The position numbers were made by a program, and so were the translations under genes. A stretch of DNA of 56,620 nucleotides from Candidatus Moraniibacteriota bacterium (lineage in GTDB: Bacteria > Patescibacteriota > Minisyncoccia > CAIUEV01 > JAHKAQ01): assembly GCA_014729795.1 (NCBI GenBank), contig WJJI01000028.1:1-56620 (forward strand), read 5' to 3'. The notes beneath the pieces are model-generated. The model worked only from the letters and a program-made list of their open reading frames with translations. It did no database searches and was not told where the DNA came from. How positions within the stretch are numbered: position 1 is the stretch's first letter; the number at the start of each line of letters is the position of its first letter. Positions 8,997-20,814 of this stretch are shown in pieces.

Positions 8997-10106
8997 TTAA
9001 TCTTCCAATTCCGGCTTTTCCAGCTCTCTAACATCAACCTTGCCTCCCGATTTACCCTGACTTATACGGTACACATCTTTATCGATTTTCGCAAATTCTT
9101 TAGCCGAATTATTATAAGCGCCAACCGTTGTCGCTAAATGAACGCCTACTTTTTGAAAATACACCTGGTAATTCTTTAAGTGCCGATCCAATTTTTCAAT
9201 ATTTTTCTTAAAATCTCCAATAGACTCCTTCATTTTTACCAAGCTTAATCCGTGCAAAACCGTTTGCAGGTATGCATAAAAAGAAGTGGGCGAAACTAAA
9301 ATCACCTTTCTTCTGTATGCGTAATCGATTAAATCATCAGCGGTTTGCTTTAACTCGCCTATCTTGGCGTTAAGCAGATCATGATATAAACCCTCGGAGG
9401 GAATAAACATAAAAGCAAAATCAAAAGTGCTTTCTTTGGGTCTTATATACTTGGCGGTCTCATCGATTCTTTTTTTTATGGAAGCGTAAATTTCTTTTTG
9501 TAATCTCTGTTTTTTTTGCGGGTCTACCTCCTCTACCATTTCATTATATTGTCTTAGTGTAAACTTTGAATCAATAGGTAAAATTTTCTTCTTATAAAAA
9601 ATCGCCGCATCCACGATATCTCCATTTTTAAATCGATATTGCATCTTATATCGATCCGGCTCAAAAACATTCTTAAGCATTGATTCTAAATAATACTCCC
9701 CTAAAACCCCTCTCTGCTTTGGGTTGCGTAAAATATTCTCAAGACTTTGCATTTGACCGGCAAAATCCGCGATCTTTTTATTTGTTTGTTCAAATCTTTC
9801 AATTTTACGAGCGGTTTGATCGATTAAATTCCGACTCTCTTTAAATTGCTTTTCAATAGTCTGGGTGGAATTATCAATGCCTTTGCTCAACAAATCGCTA
9901 ATTCGATCCAATCTATTCTGAATTTCATTACGACTTTGACCGGAAAACTTATGCACTTCCTGTCTTAAATCGCTCAATAAAGGCATGATTAATTTGTCTT
10001 GGTTTTTTTTATCTTGTTCCTGTTTAAGCTCTTCAAATTTTCGGTTCACTAAATAAATAATCACAGCAAAACCAAACACAATAAGTATTATTATAATTTT
10101 TTCCAT
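8997..10106 (-). CDS. rmuC: DNA recombination protein RmuC family
   Basis: N-terminal TM, coiled coil, RGVLGE, IDSKF, FAFMFIPSEG, VSPTS. Confidence 0.92.
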   Translation of the reverse strand: MEKIIIILIVFGFAVIIYLVNRKFEELKQEQDKKNQDKLIMPLLSDLRQEVHKFSGQSRNEIQNRLDRISDLLSKGIDNSTQTIEKQFKESRNLIDQTARKIERFEQTNKKIADFAGQMQSLENILRNPKQRGVLGEYYLESMLKNVFEPDRYKMQYRFKNGDIVDAAIFYKKKILPIDSKFTLRQYNEMVEEVDPQKKQRLQKEIYASIKKRIDETAKYIRPKESTFDFAFMFIPSEGLYHDLLNAKIGELKQTADDLIDYAYRRKVILVSPTSFYAYLQTVLHGLSLVKMKESIGDFKKNIEKLDRHLKNYQVYFQKVGVHLATTVGAYNNSAKEFAKIDKDVYRISQGKSGGKVDVRELEKPELED

Positions 10107-10475
10107 TTAGGTAATCTTAACTTGTTTTAATTTCTTATTTTGTCGCTCTAGCTTAGTCTTTAAAATCTCAATTTTTTTATTAATCTCGCCCACTCGATTG
10201 ACTTTTTCCCGCAATTCAAATTGATCTCTTTTTAATTTGGTTTCCAGCCGACCTAATTTATGTTTAATTGAGACAATTTCTTCTTCTACCTCTTGCACCG
10301 AATCCTGAGCAAATCTAATTTGTAAATCCAAATCCTTTTTTTCATTTTCCAAACCCTGTAACTCGTCTTCAAGGTTTTGAATTGTTGCTTTATAGTTTCT
10401 TATTAAATTTTCTCTTTCTATCCTATGCTCCCGGCGTTCTTTATTGGCTTCATCCTGTTTAAAGTAATCGGTCAT
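10107..10475 (-). CDS. Hypothetical coiled-coil protein
   Basis: Heptad-rich 122-aa ORF directly abutting rmuC. Confidence 0.7.
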   Translation of the reverse strand: MTDYFKQDEANKERREHRIERENLIRNYKATIQNLEDELQGLENEKKDLDLQIRFAQDSVQEVEEEIVSIKHKLGRLETKLKRDQFELREKVNRVGEINKKIEILKTKLERQNKKLKQVKIT

Positions 10476-10503
10476 GATAAATAATTATTATTAAATCTAT
10501 TAT

Positions 10504-10575
10504 AAAGCGTATGAAGTAACCGTGACCAAAAACCGCAATATTTTCTCAAAAAATCCGCCAAAAGCGTAAGTCATA
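10504..10575 (-). repeat. Inverted-repeat family, half copy
   Basis: ...CGTGACCAAAAACCGCAATATTTTCTCAAAAAATCCGCCAAAAGCGTAAGTCATA aligns to the right half of the 6664 and 38000 copies. Confidence 0.75.
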
Positions 10576-10614
10576 TTTCCATCTAATTTAATAACTTTAA
10601 AACTTAATCGGTAA

Positions 10615-13600
10615 TCATTGCTTGCCCATGGCATAGCTCTTCAGTTTGTTAAAATTCTCGCCAGCTAATTTGTATTCACCTTGAATTTTAACCTTGATAA
10701 AAACTCCATTATCGGTCTTGATTTTTAGAATAATCTTTCCCCGCCCGGGTTCAAGCCTTTTTAGTTGTTGTTTAATTTTATCAGTCCGCGTCTGCTTTGG
10801 ATCAAATTCAACCACAAACTCCCTAAGCCAATCCGTTTCGGTTTTTCTGCTTTTAATAGCTTCGTCTTTTTGCTTATTGTTGTTTTCTTGTTTTTTAACC
10901 CCGGCTGACATTTGAGCGGTAATCTCTCCCATTCGATTACATAAAAGCTTTAAATTTCCATCCTTGTCATTTAATTTTCCACTCGCCCAAACAACTCGAT
11001 CCTCGGTAATCAAATCATAGTATTTACTAAAAATTTTCGGAAAAATCACTAATTCCATCTTGCTAGATAAGTCTTCAATCTGGACAAACGCCATTTCTTG
11101 ATTATTCTTTGTTAAAATTTTCTTCACGCTGGTAATGATTCCGCCCACGGTTTTATTGGCTTTGCTTAAAGATTTCACCTCTTGACTTGTGTAATCGGTT
11201 TCTAGTTTTTTAATAGAGTCTGTTTTTTGATTTAAATAATTTTCATATTCGCTTAACGGATTTTCGCTAATATAAACACCCAACAATTCCTTCTCCCAAG
11301 CTGCTCTAATTTTTTTATCAATGGTTTGAGTAAAGTCTAATTTTAAATCTTGTCCTTGGGTTTCTTGTTCTTCGCCCCCGCCAAATAAACTGCTCTGACC
11401 TCTTTTTTCAATATCGCGAATTTCTTTTAAGTATTTCAATATTTTATCAATATTTTCAATCACTGCCTCCTGTTTAGCTATACCAGACAAAGCTCCTGAT
11501 TTGGCCAGACTTTCCAAGGATTTCTTATTTAAATCTTTGTCTTTTATTCTTTTTAAAAAATCAACTAGATTTTTAAACTTACCGTTTTTTTTCCTTTCTT
11601 GAATAATGGTTTTGGTTATGTTAGACCCTACGTTTTTAATAGCGCTTAAACCATAGCGAATAAACTGCTGATTCTGCTTGCCCAAAGCTGAAAAACGTTC
11701 ATAACTCTCATTCACATCAGGCGGTAACACTGGTATTTGCATTTTCCGACATTCTTCAATTTCAATCGCGATTCTATCTGTATCTCCCTGTTCGCTGGAA
11801 AGTAAGGCAGCCATAAACTCCACCGGATAATAAGCCTTAAAATAGGCGGTCTGATAACCAATCATGGCATAACAAGCGCTATGAGCCCAATTAAAACCGT
11901 ATCCGGCAAACGGTTTGATAAAATCCCAAATTTTTTCCGCGGTTTTTCCTTTAATTTTATTATTAATACAACCCAAAATAAATTTGTCCCGCTGTTCATC
12001 CATGAGCTTTTTTATTTTTTTGCCCATGGCTTTTCGTAAATAATCAGCCTCTCCGGCGGTAAATCCCGCTAATTGTTTGGCAATTTCCATAACCTGTTCT
12101 TGCACCACAATAATTCCATAAGTTTTTTTTAAAATCGGTTCAAGTTTAGGATGTAGGTAACTAATCTTTCTTTTCCCGTATTTGCCGGCAATATAGTCTG
12201 GAATCCAATCCATTGGTCCGGGCCGGTATAAAGCCACCATGTCAATTAAATCTTGAAAACGAGTAGGCTTGAGCTCGCGCAAGTACCGTTTAAAACCAGC
12301 TGACTCAAACTGAAACACCCCGGTCGTTTCTCCTTTTGCAAACAATTCCAAAGTCTTCTTGTCATCAAGTGGAATTTTATCCAAAGTGTATTCTTGCTTG
12401 TATCTTGCCCGAATAATATCGATTACGTTCTGCAAAATTGTTAAATTTTTTAAACCTAAAAAATCCATTTTCAGTAATCCTAAGGCTTCAATGGCTTTAC
12501 CTTCATATTGACTAACAATCACTTCTTCCTTTTTGGAGCTGTCTCTAATATTTTTCTGCAATGGTACGTAATGATTTAAAGGTTCTTTGGTAATTACCAC
12601 GCCGCAAGCATGAGTTGAGGCGTGTCGAGCAACTCCCTCCAACCTTTTGGCAGTATCCACGATTTTTTTTACGTTTTCATCTTGATCATACATCCTTTTT
12701 AGCTCGCCGGAAATCTCACAAGCCTCCTCCAAAGTGGTCAAAGCCGGAACTTGTTTGGCGATTTTATCGCAAAAATCATAAGCGTAATCCAAAGAGCGAC
12801 CCGCGTCGCGAATAGCGGCTCTAGCCGCCATAGTTCCAAAAGTTATAATTTGCGCCACCTTGTCATGGCCATATTTATTAGCCACGTATTCAATAACTTC
12901 ATCCCGACGATTATCCGCGAAATCTATATCAATATCCGGCATACTGATTCTTTCCGGATTTAAAAACCTCTCAAATAATAATTCAAACTTAATTGGATCA
13001 ATATTGGTAATTCGGGTCAAATACGAAACAATGCTTCCGGCGGCCGAACCTCGACCCGGGCCAACAACAATCTTGTTTTCTTTAGCCCAGTTAACAAAAT
13101 CCGCTACTATTAAAAAATACGAAGCATATCCCATTTTTTTAATAATACCTAGCTCGAAATCCAATCTTTTGTAAACTTCATCGCTGGGTTCATCCCCATA
13201 GCGAAATTTTATCCCCTGCTCACACAATTTTCTCAAATACTGATTTTCATTCTGATCTCCGGGAATTTCTAAATGCGGCAACACAACCTCTCCCATTTTA
13301 GGAGAAAAATTACATTCAGCTGCGATTTTAACTGTATTTTCCAAAGCCTCCGGACAATGTTTAAACAATTCCCACATTTCTTCAACACTTTTCAGGTATA
13401 AATCAAACTCCTTCATCCCTAACCGATTCTTGTCGGTCACTTTTTTATTTTGTTGAATGCACAACAACACATCCTGAATTTCCTTGTCTTGCTTATGGAC
13501 ATAGTGCACGTCACAAGTAGCCACCAATCGCGCTTTAGTTGTTTTGGAAGCCTTAATAAGGGCTTGATTGACCCTTTTTTGGGTTTCTGAATTTTCATGA

Positions 13601-14151
13601 CCCTCTAACTCTAAATAAAAATTATCCCGACCAAAAATTGTTTGATATTCTTTGATAACTTTTTCCAGCTTTTTTTTATTAGTTGAAACCGCGGTTTTGG
13701 GAATCTCGCCCGCCATGCAAGCGCTGGTAGCAATCAAGCCCCGACTGTGCTTTTTTAATAATTGTTTATCGATTCTGGGTTTATAGTAAAAACCCTGCAA
13801 ATGCGCCTTGGAAACCAATTTAATCAAATTTCGATAACCGATTTCATCTTTAGCTAACAACACTAAATGATAGCGTTCTTCATCAACTTTTGGTCGTTTA
13901 TTATTCATACCATTGATTGCTAAATAAACTTCGCAACCAATAATCGGTTTTATTCCGTATTCTTTGGCTTTTTGAAAAAATTCAATAGCGCCGTACATCA
14001 CGCCGTGATCAGTCAAAGCCAAAGCCTTCATTCCCATTTTCTTGGCTTGTTTCAGTAAATCATCAATCTTACCCAAGCCATCTAATAGAGAATAATGGGA
14101 ATGCACATGCAAATGCACAAAATCATTTTTTCTTAATTTAACCTTTTTCAT
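10615..14151 (-). CDS. dnaE: DNA polymerase III alpha subunit
   Basis: PHP motif [31 protein letters not shown]-terminal OB fold. Confidence 0.98.
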   Translation of the reverse strand: MKKVKLRKNDFVHLHVHSHYSLLDGLGKIDDLLKQAKKMGMKALALTDHGVMYGAIEFFQKAKEYGIKPIIGCEVYLAINGMNNKRPKVDEERYHLVLLAKDEIGYRNLIKLVSKAHLQGFYYKPRIDKQLLKKHSRGLIATSACMAGEIPKTAVSTNKKKLEKVIKEYQTIFGRDNFYLELEGHENSETQKRVNQALIKASKTTKARLVATCDVHYVHKQDKEIQDVLLCIQQNKKVTDKNRLGMKEFDLYLKSVEEMWELFKHCPEALENTVKIAAECNFSPKMGEVVLPHLEIPGDQNENQYLRKLCEQGIKFRYGDEPSDEVYKRLDFELGIIKKMGYASYFLIVADFVNWAKENKIVVGPGRGSAAGSIVSYLTRITNIDPIKFELLFERFLNPERISMPDIDIDFADNRRDEVIEYVANKYGHDKVAQIITFGTMAARAAIRDAGRSLDYAYDFCDKIAKQVPALTTLEEACEISGELKRMYDQDENVKKIVDTAKRLEGVARHASTHACGVVITKEPLNHYVPLQKNIRDSSKKEEVIVSQYEGKAIEALGLLKMDFLGLKNLTILQNVIDIIRARYKQEYTLDKIPLDDKKTLELFAKGETTGVFQFESAGFKRYLRELKPTRFQDLIDMVALYRPGPMDWIPDYIAGKYGKRKISYLHPKLEPILKKTYGIIVVQEQVMEIAKQLAGFTAGEADYLRKAMGKKIKKLMDEQRDKFILGCINNKIKGKTAEKIWDFIKPFAGYGFNWAHSACYAMIGYQTAYFKAYYPVEFMAALLSSEQGDTDRIAIEIEECRKMQIPVLPPDVNESYERFSALGKQNQQFIRYGLSAIKNVGSNITKTIIQERKKNGKFKNLVDFLKRIKDKDLNKKSLESLAKSGALSGIAKQEAVIENIDKILKYLKEIRDIEKRGQSSLFGGGEEQETQGQDLKLDFTQTIDKKIRAAWEKELLGVYISENPLSEYENYLNQKTDSIKKLETDYTSQEVKSLSKANKTVGGIITSVKKILTKNNQEMAFVQIEDLSSKMELVIFPKIFSKYYDLITEDRVVWASGKLNDKDGNLKLLCNRMGEITAQMSAGVKKQENNNKQKDEAIKSRKTETDWLREFVVEFDPKQTRTDKIKQQLKRLEPGRGKIILKIKTDNGVFIKVKIQGEYKLAGENFNKLKSYAMGKQ

Positions 14152-14269
14152 TTTTCAATATTTTTTTTGGTCATACCTACTAAAAAATTTATTCAAAGCT
14201 CAAAAATTTTAATTAGGCTTATAAAGCTTATATCGTTAAAAATCAAGCCGGTCTTATTTTGCTTGATCT

Positions 14270-17200
14270 TTAACCCTCTCTCTGACAAATAAAATAATAA
14301 TCGCAATTATCGCACTGTTGCTTCTGCGGATTAGCTTTAAAATTCAAACTTTTGATTTGCTTAATTGCGTACTCTAATTCTTTTTTTAAATTTTCTAAAT
14401 CGTTTTCATTAATAACAAAACTATGCTTTAAAAATTCATCAGAGTCTTTTTTGGGTTTAATAAAATCAATCTCAGCCTGATCAACCTTATAACTAAATTT
14501 TTTATCCAATTGGCTCAATAATTTATAAAAAACCAATTGTCGAAAAAGATCCCCGTTAGAGTTTTTGGTTTTTCCCAAAATCATATTTTTACTTCCGGGT
14601 TGTTTGGTTTTATAATCAACCACCTTAACCAATTCCGATTCTCGATTTTTTCCCATCTTAGAGATTAATTCTATTTTATCAACTTTACCCGACAGCTTAA
14701 CTTCTTGAATATACCTTGCGGTTAAATTTGTTTCCAACGCTATTGGTTTAACAAAACTATCTTGATAATAATTAAAGTAAGCTTCCAAAGATTGGCGGCC
14801 TTCTTGACTGGCCATCTTATAATCGTTTTTTTGCAAAGGTTCTTTTTCCAGGCTTTGTTCAAAACTTTTCAATAAAAGCTCTTTTTCTATTCTACCAGTT
14901 TTCATGAATTTTAAAAAAAACTTTTCCAGAGCTTTATGGACCGCTGTTCCCAGGCTAGCGGTTTTATTTTTAGCTTTTGGTACAAATAAAAGTTTTTCAT
15001 ATTTGTAGCGTCTTGGACAATTTAAAAATAGATTCAGCGAGGTTGGACTCAAACTTAATTTCTTCACGCGCTCTTGTAAAAATTCCTGCTCTTGCTTGTT
15101 TTTCAAGGTTTTAATCTTGGATTTAAGCTCTATTTCTACTCGTTTCAAACTTTGGTCTTCATAACGCTTTAAATCTTTAAATTCTTTAACCTTTTCTTGA
15201 ATTTCTGCGATAAAACGAGAATCTGTTCTTGGCTTGCTTTTGCCGTTTAAAGAGTGGTTTTTATAATTACTTAAAAATAAATATGCTTTAGCTCTGGTCA
15301 TGGCCACATAGGCCAGTCGTCGCTCTTCTTCCAATTTCTGATTAACGCTATCTTTAATTGTCGGCAGCTCCCAGCCCAAATCAAAAAAATAACTACTGTC
15401 TGGAAGTTTCAGTTTGTTATTTACTCGCTTACCATCCCAAACTCCCCGATTCAAACTGGGAATAAAAACTGCTTCAAATTCTTGCCCTTTGGCTTGATGC
15501 GCGGTCATAATTTTTACATCCCGACTAGCCAAGGATAATTTCCTGGCTTTAATTTGGATACTTTCGGCTTTCATCATCTCCAAATCCTTTAAGGCTTGCT
15601 TTAATTTCCATTTTGGGCTGCTTTGGTTTGTCTTTTTTATAAAATTAAATAAGCTGGATATTTTATTTAAAAGCTGTAAATCTTTATTTAATAAAAGTTC
15701 ATTTAAAAAACCCGAGTCGTTTAATATTCTTTCCGCCATCAAAACCGCTGGGGTTTTAGCCGCTAACTTATTCCATTTTAACAATGAGTTAAAAAAATTT
15801 TTTATTTTTTCAAAATCTTCAAAATTTATTTCTGTTGCCTGAATTCCATTCGAATTACTTCCCTTTTGCTGTCTAGAATTTAGCTTAAGATAATAGTCAA
15901 TTAAATTCCTCTTGGTTTTATTGGCCAAATCATTAAATCGATAATAGTCTTGGAGAGAAATCTCAAAGCAAGACATCGACATTGCGGTGTAAACGCTTTG
16001 ATTACTTTTTGGGTTGCTGGCTGCTCTTAATAAATCTAAAAACAGATCAATTTCTTCAGAATCCAATACCGATTTTGAGCTGGAAGTCTCTACTTGTAAA
16101 CCTGCTTTCATTAAATATTCCGCCATTTCTTCCACCTCTTTGTTGGTTCTTAAAATTATCGCGATCTCATTCAAATCAAGTCCTTGTTGTTGTAATTCTT
16201 TAATCTTTTGAGTAATAAAATATTTTTCCACTATCTCATCGCTAAACCGATACAATTGCGCCCGGTTATCTTTTTCTTTGTTAATCTCGGCTGCTTTAAT
16301 TTTATTACTTATTCCCTCTAATTCGTTTGTATTCACCAACCGCTCCTGATTGGAACTAATTAACGCCTGACTGGCTTGGATAATTGCCGGACTGCTTCGA
16401 TAGTTGGTATTGATGTTGATTAATTTTAAATTCTTAAAATGTTTTTTAAAAAAAAGCATATTGGCCAGGTTTGCTCCCTGAAAACGATAAATAGCTTGAT
16501 CATCATCGCCTACCACAAAAATATTAGCTTGTTTTTGTGTCCCCACAATCAAATTCACCAATTTGTTTTGAGCATTGTTGGTGTCCTGATATTCATCCCC
16601 TAAAATATATTTGTATTGGCCCGCTATCTTAAATAAAAAAGCTTGATCTTTTTCCAATGCCTGCAAAACCCATAGAATCATATCTTCATGATCATATAAG
16701 CCGTATTTTTTACATTGTTTTTCATATTGTTCAAAAACTTGCCACAATTCTTGATTCTTTTGCGCTTGCTTTTTTAAATCCCGCCATTTTGCTTTTGGTT
16801 TCAAGGTTTTTTTATTAAGCATTTCTTGCTTTTTGCTTTCTACCTGCTTGACATAATTATCGGTAATTTTTTTAAAAGCTTGACTATCTATACCCTCTTT
16901 TTTTAAAAAAGCGATTTTTTTAATTATCTCTTCTTTATAAAACATCTGGTCAATAAACAACTTCAAATATTTCAAATCCATATCTTTAATAATCTTTTCC
17001 ATCAGCTTAGCCTTGGCTAAATCATCAATATTTTCTAAATTTTTACTTTGTTTAAATAATTCTTGGTTGTTTTGAATTAATTCGTTACAAAAACCATGAA
17101 AAGTATTTATCTGTGCGTCATAGGCGCTTGGACCTAAAAAACTTGTCAGTCTTTCCCGCATCGAGCTTGCTCCGGCCTCACTAAAAGTTAAGGCTAGGAT

Positions 17201-17380
17201 TTCCCGAGGCAAAGCCTTTTTTTGGTAAACAATATTAGCGATCCGTAAACCTAAAACCTGAGTTTTACCCGTACCCGGACCGGCAACTACCATTACCGGA
17301 CCATCGACAATTTCAACTGCTTGACGCTGAGCTTTATTTAAAACTTGAAAATTTTTTTTGAAATTCTCCTTATAATTCAT
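14270..17380 (-). CDS. UvrD/PcrA-family helicase fused to C-terminal PD-(D/E)XK nuclease
   Basis: AGPGTGKT, DEYQD, VGDDDQAIY, HQAKGQEF, EERRLAYVAMTRA; GKVDKI...VVDYKT with Cys pattern CP...CDNCDYYFIC. Confidence 0.93.
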   Translation of the reverse strand: MNYKENFKKNFQVLNKAQRQAVEIVDGPVMVVAGPGTGKTQVLGLRIANIVYQKKALPREILALTFSEAGASSMRERLTSFLGPSAYDAQINTFHGFCNELIQNNQELFKQSKNLENIDDLAKAKLMEKIIKDMDLKYLKLFIDQMFYKEEIIKKIAFLKKEGIDSQAFKKITDNYVKQVESKKQEMLNKKTLKPKAKWRDLKKQAQKNQELWQVFEQYEKQCKKYGLYDHEDMILWVLQALEKDQAFLFKIAGQYKYILGDEYQDTNNAQNKLVNLIVGTQKQANIFVVGDDDQAIYRFQGANLANMLFFKKHFKNLKLININTNYRSSPAIIQASQALISSNQERLVNTNELEGISNKIKAAEINKEKDNRAQLYRFSDEIVEKYFITQKIKELQQQGLDLNEIAIILRTNKEVEEMAEYLMKAGLQVETSSSKSVLDSEEIDLFLDLLRAASNPKSNQSVYTAMSMSCFEISLQDYYRFNDLANKTKRNLIDYYLKLNSRQQKGSNSNGIQATEINFEDFEKIKNFFNSLLKWNKLAAKTPAVLMAERILNDSGFLNELLLNKDLQLLNKISSLFNFIKKTNQSSPKWKLKQALKDLEMMKAESIQIKARKLSLASRDVKIMTAHQAKGQEFEAVFIPSLNRGVWDGKRVNNKLKLPDSSYFFDLGWELPTIKDSVNQKLEEERRLAYVAMTRAKAYLFLSNYKNHSLNGKSKPRTDSRFIAEIQEKVKEFKDLKRYEDQSLKRVEIELKSKIKTLKNKQEQEFLQERVKKLSLSPTSLNLFLNCPRRYKYEKLLFVPKAKNKTASLGTAVHKALEKFFLKFMKTGRIEKELLLKSFEQSLEKEPLQKNDYKMASQEGRQSLEAYFNYYQDSFVKPIALETNLTARYIQEVKLSGKVDKIELISKMGKNRESELVKVVDYKTKQPGSKNMILGKTKNSNGDLFRQLVFYKLLSQLDKKFSYKVDQAEIDFIKPKKDSDEFLKHSFVINENDLENLKKELEYAIKQIKSLNFKANPQKQQCDNCDYYFICQREG

Positions 17381-17457
17381 AATGTTATTGTGGCTTATTA
17401 AAAAAACTTGTCAAAAACAATAATATTTTATGTGGCTATTGTCCAATAAAACAATTA

Positions 17458-18045
17458 TTACAGATTGAATCGCTGTTGTTCTCTATTTTCCAGAACTTGA
17501 ATTCTTTGCTCAAGATGAGCGCATCGACTTTGTAAATGTTTCAATTCATTAATGCTTTGCGTGCTATACCCAAAATAAACCATCAAACCCAATCCAACTA
17601 AACCTAAAACCAAGGCCATGCCTCGATAAATCCAAGTAATTAAACCAATGATTTTTGGATATAAATTTAATTCCAAATAACCTGGCTCATTATCATCTTC
17701 AGCCCGGACTGGCTCCTCTTGCGCTTCTTGATCCTGATTAAACCGATGTTTTAAGTTTTCCAAAAAACTTTCAGATTCCTCCCTGGCTCTTTGAATAACA
17801 TTTAATTTTTCCAATTTTTCATCTGTGTTTTGAATCATGTCTAAAATTCCGGCCTTCTCTGCGCTTTTTGCCGCTAAACTCTTATAAACCCCTCCAATAA
17901 ACAAAGCTGAAAGCGCCAAGGCTAAAAAAATCGGAAACAAAAGCATTGGAATTGCAGCCATTATTTTTAAAATTTTACTTCTCAGAAAATATGCCGCGGT
18001 TAAAAACGCGATCACAACCAAAACAATAATTGTAAAAATATTCAT
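17458..18045 (-). CDS. Hypothetical membrane protein
   Basis: About three hydrophobic helices, C-terminal coiled coil. Confidence 0.75.
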   Translation of the reverse strand: MNIFTIIVLVVIAFLTAAYFLRSKILKIMAAIPMLLFPIFLALALSALFIGGVYKSLAAKSAEKAGILDMIQNTDEKLEKLNVIQRAREESESFLENLKHRFNQDQEAQEEPVRAEDDNEPGYLELNLYPKIIGLITWIYRGMALVLGLVGLGLMVYFGYSTQSINELKHLQSRCAHLEQRIQVLENREQQRFNL

Positions 18046-18059
18046 TTTTTTTATTTTAA

Positions 18060-18127
18060 GAATTATACGTTAAAAAATTTTCATAATCATTGTTTAACGG
18101 TTCAAAAAATTACCAAACGTATAATTC
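18060..18127 (-). repeat. Inverted-repeat family, short copy
   Basis: Perfect 12-bp arms GAATTATACGTT / AACGTATAATTC with the family AAAATTACCAA motif. Confidence 0.8.
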
Positions 18128-18143
18128 CCGCTTTTTTAAAAAA

Positions 18144-19235
18144 CTAAGATTGTTTAGAAATATTCAATAAAATTCCGGTTCCGACTAAAGACACAATCAG
18201 AGCCGAAGCTCCATAAGAAATAAAGGGCAGAGGTATTCCTGTTAAAGGAATCAGGGAGGTAATGGCTGCAATATTAATAAATGCTTGAAAAACAAACCAA
18301 GTGGTTATCCCTCCCGCCACCAGTCTAGCAAAAGTATCTTGCGCTCTCTTGGTAATTAAATAACCTCGCCAAGCAATGATTAAAAATAAAAGCACCACTA
18401 AAAATCCCCCGATCATGCCTAGTTCTTCACAAATAATTGCAAAAATTGAGTCTCCAATCGGTTCTGGTAAATATAAAAACTTTTGTCTGCCTAAACCCAA
18501 ACCGTTGCCCCAAAAACCGCCACTGCCTATAGCAATTAAAGCTTGATTTATTTGATAGCCGATTCCGCGCGGATCTGTTTCCGGATTCAAAAAAACCGTA
18601 AATCTTGCCATTCTGTAAGGAGCAAACACAATCAGCAAGTACAAACTCAAAAGCCCTATCATAATTAAAAGAAGCAAATGCGCTAATCTTCCCTGAGCCA
18701 AAAAAAATATAGTTACCGATATGATAACGATTATTCCTAATGTTCCAATATCTGGTTGTTTAATAATTAAAACAGCCATCACTAAGATAACCGCAAAAAA
18801 AGGTAAAAATCCTTCGGTAAAATCTTTAATTTTTTGCTCGCGTTTCGATAACCAAGCCGATAAGTATAAAATAACCGCCAATTTAGCAATTTCAGTTGGT
18901 TGCACGTTGATCGGACCTAAATTTAGCCATCTGGTCGATCCTTGATAATTCTCGCCCAAACCCGGAATAAAAACCGCCATTAGTAAGCCCAAAACCAATA
19001 AAAACAAAGGAAAAGCGATTCTTTCCCAAATCTTATAATTAATATTTTGAGCGATAAACCAAACTATCAAACCCGGTATAACTCCAAAATACAGTTGGTG
19101 GAAAAAAAAGTAATAAGGCTGACCATAATTATTCATCGATAAAACAAATCCGGCTGAAAAAATCACCAGCATACCAAACAATAGCAAGCAAAAAGTAGTT
19201 ATCATTAATGGCTTATCCGCGTTTCTTCTTGTCAT
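18144..19235 (-). CDS. ftsW: SEDS family peptidoglycan polymerase FtsW
   Basis: GSTRW, QPTEIAK, QPDIGT, GYQINQ, PLTGIPLPFISYG. Confidence 0.93.
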   Translation of the reverse strand: MTRRNADKPLMITTFCLLLFGMLVIFSAGFVLSMNNYGQPYYFFFHQLYFGVIPGLIVWFIAQNINYKIWERIAFPLFLLVLGLLMAVFIPGLGENYQGSTRWLNLGPINVQPTEIAKLAVILYLSAWLSKREQKIKDFTEGFLPFFAVILVMAVLIIKQPDIGTLGIIVIISVTIFFLAQGRLAHLLLLIMIGLLSLYLLIVFAPYRMARFTVFLNPETDPRGIGYQINQALIAIGSGGFWGNGLGLGRQKFLYLPEPIGDSIFAIICEELGMIGGFLVVLLFLIIAWRGYLITKRAQDTFARLVAGGITTWFVFQAFINIAAITSLIPLTGIPLPFISYGASALIVSLVGTGILLNISKQS

Positions 19236-19888
19236 TGTTTGCTTTTATCTTGTCTCCATTTTTTAATCTTTTGATGATTACCGCTAAGTAAAACCTTGGG
19301 CACCCGCCAATCCTGAAAAACTTCCGGTCGGGTATATTGAGGATATTCGCTAACTATTCCCTTTTCATAAGACTCCTCCAACAGGGATTGTTCATTGCCT
19401 AACACTCCTTGCGCCAATCTTGCGGTTGAATCAATTATAACCGCGGCCGCCAATTCGCCGCCGCTTAAAATATACCGCCCAATCGAAATCGCTTCATCGC
19501 AAACATGATCCTCTACCCGCTGATCAACCCCTTCGTACCGACCGCAGACAAAAATGATTCGATCATACTTAGTCAATTCAATGGCTTTTTTTTGAGTAAA
19601 AACCTTGGATCCGGCCGCCAATAAAATCACTCTGGTTTTTTGAGATTTGAGTTTGGCTTGTTTTCTCAAGTAGTTCACCGCCTTATAAACCGGCTCGACT
19701 CTCATCACCATGCCTGGCCCACCGCCAAAAGGTTTATCGTCCACGGACTTATGTTTATCTGTGGTAAAATCTCTTAGATCATGAAAATTAACCTTTAATA
19801 ATTTCCTTTCCCTGGCCTTACCCAAAACCCCTTGCTCAAAATAAAGTTCCAGCGCTTGTGGAAAAATTGTCAGCACATCAAAAATCAT
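19232..19888 (-). CDS. trmD: tRNA (guanine-N1)-methyltransferase
   Basis: DDKPFGGGPGMV, CGRYEGVDQR, SGGE, YPQYTRP. Confidence 0.98.
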   Translation of the reverse strand: MIFDVLTIFPQALELYFEQGVLGKARERKLLKVNFHDLRDFTTDKHKSVDDKPFGGGPGMVMRVEPVYKAVNYLRKQAKLKSQKTRVILLAAGSKVFTQKKAIELTKYDRIIFVCGRYEGVDQRVEDHVCDEAISIGRYILSGGELAAAVIIDSTARLAQGVLGNEQSLLEESYEKGIVSEYPQYTRPEVFQDWRVPKVLLSGNHQKIKKWRQDKSKQ

Positions 19889-20060
19889 TTGCGTATTTTT
19901 ATTTTTATTATCATCTCCGCTTTTTTATTCCCTCTTTACAATTCCTTATCTCTCTATATTATTTAATTTAAACAACAAAATCAAATTTATTAAATTTTAA
20001 AACCGTAACAAGATTCTTTGGTAATAATGGTAATATTTTCTATATCATTGTAATTAAACT

Positions 20061-20738
20061 ATGACAGGCACCCTCCTTAACGCAACTTTAGTTATCCTGG
20101 GCGGTTTAACCGGTATGTTCTTGAGCTCTAGGCTACCCAAAGCCTTAACTAAAATGATTCTTAATGTCATAGGTTTATTAATTTTGATTTTAGCCATTGG
20201 TATGGCTTTGGAATTCAATCAATTGCTTATCGTGGCTTTAAGTTTATTATTTGGCTCAACCCTAGGACAAGCCTTAAAATTAGAAAAAAGAGTAAAGCGT
20301 CTTTCTCAAAACTTAAAACAAAAAATCAGAATTAAAAACCCTGAATTCTCTCAAGGATTTATTACTGCCTCTTTGGTGATTTGCGTAGGCGCCTTAGCTA
20401 TTATTGGTCCTATCCAAGAAGGTCTGGGTCTGGGTAGAGAGTTACTTGTCACCAAGGCGATTTTAGACTTTTTTGTAATCATGAGTTTAGCTTCTAATTA
20501 TGGGGTTGGAGTTTTATTTTCTTTTTTGCCGCTTCTAATCTATCAAGGATCGATCGCTCTTTTGGCCCAATGGGCGCAAAATTTTTTCACTGATCAAATT
20601 ATCACGGATTTAAGTGCCGTGGGTGGGATTCTACTGCTAGCTTTAGCTCTAAACATCTTGAAAATCAAAAATATCTCTATTACCAATCTACTTCCAAGTT
20701 TAATTTTTGTTGTGGTTTTAACTTATATTTTTGGTTAA
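20061..20738 (+). CDS. DUF554 (YdfK-like) membrane protein
   Basis: GT..N start, GFITASL..CVGA, KAILD, YQG; multi-TM. Confidence 0.88.
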   Translation: MTGTLLNATLVILGGLTGMFLSSRLPKALTKMILNVIGLLILILAIGMALEFNQLLIVALSLLFGSTLGQALKLEKRVKRLSQNLKQKIRIKNPEFSQGFITASLVICVGALAIIGPIQEGLGLGRELLVTKAILDFFVIMSLASNYGVGVLFSFLPLLIYQGSIALLAQWAQNFFTDQIITDLSAVGGILLLALALNILKIKNISITNLLPSLIFVVVLTYIFG

Positions 20739-20748
20739 AAAGCTCGAA

Positions 20749-20777
20749 TTGGCAAACATTTGCTTTTTTGTTAAGAT
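20749..20777 (+). promoter_or_regulatory. Putative sigma70 promoter for corA-cysS
   Basis: TTGGCA-17 nt-TAAGAT with TG extended -10. Confidence 0.5.
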
Positions 20778-20814
20778 TAGCTCAATATCAATCTAGATTA
20801 GGCAAAAAATATTT

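Noticed and set aside
8809-9000. 63-aa plus-strand ORF
   Set aside because: Antisense to tRNA-Leu; a typical tRNA shadow translation (VPVVGFEPT).
10615-17380. Inteins or introns in dnaE and the helicase
   Set aside because: Lengths are normal and no splice-junction or homing endonuclease motifs are evident.
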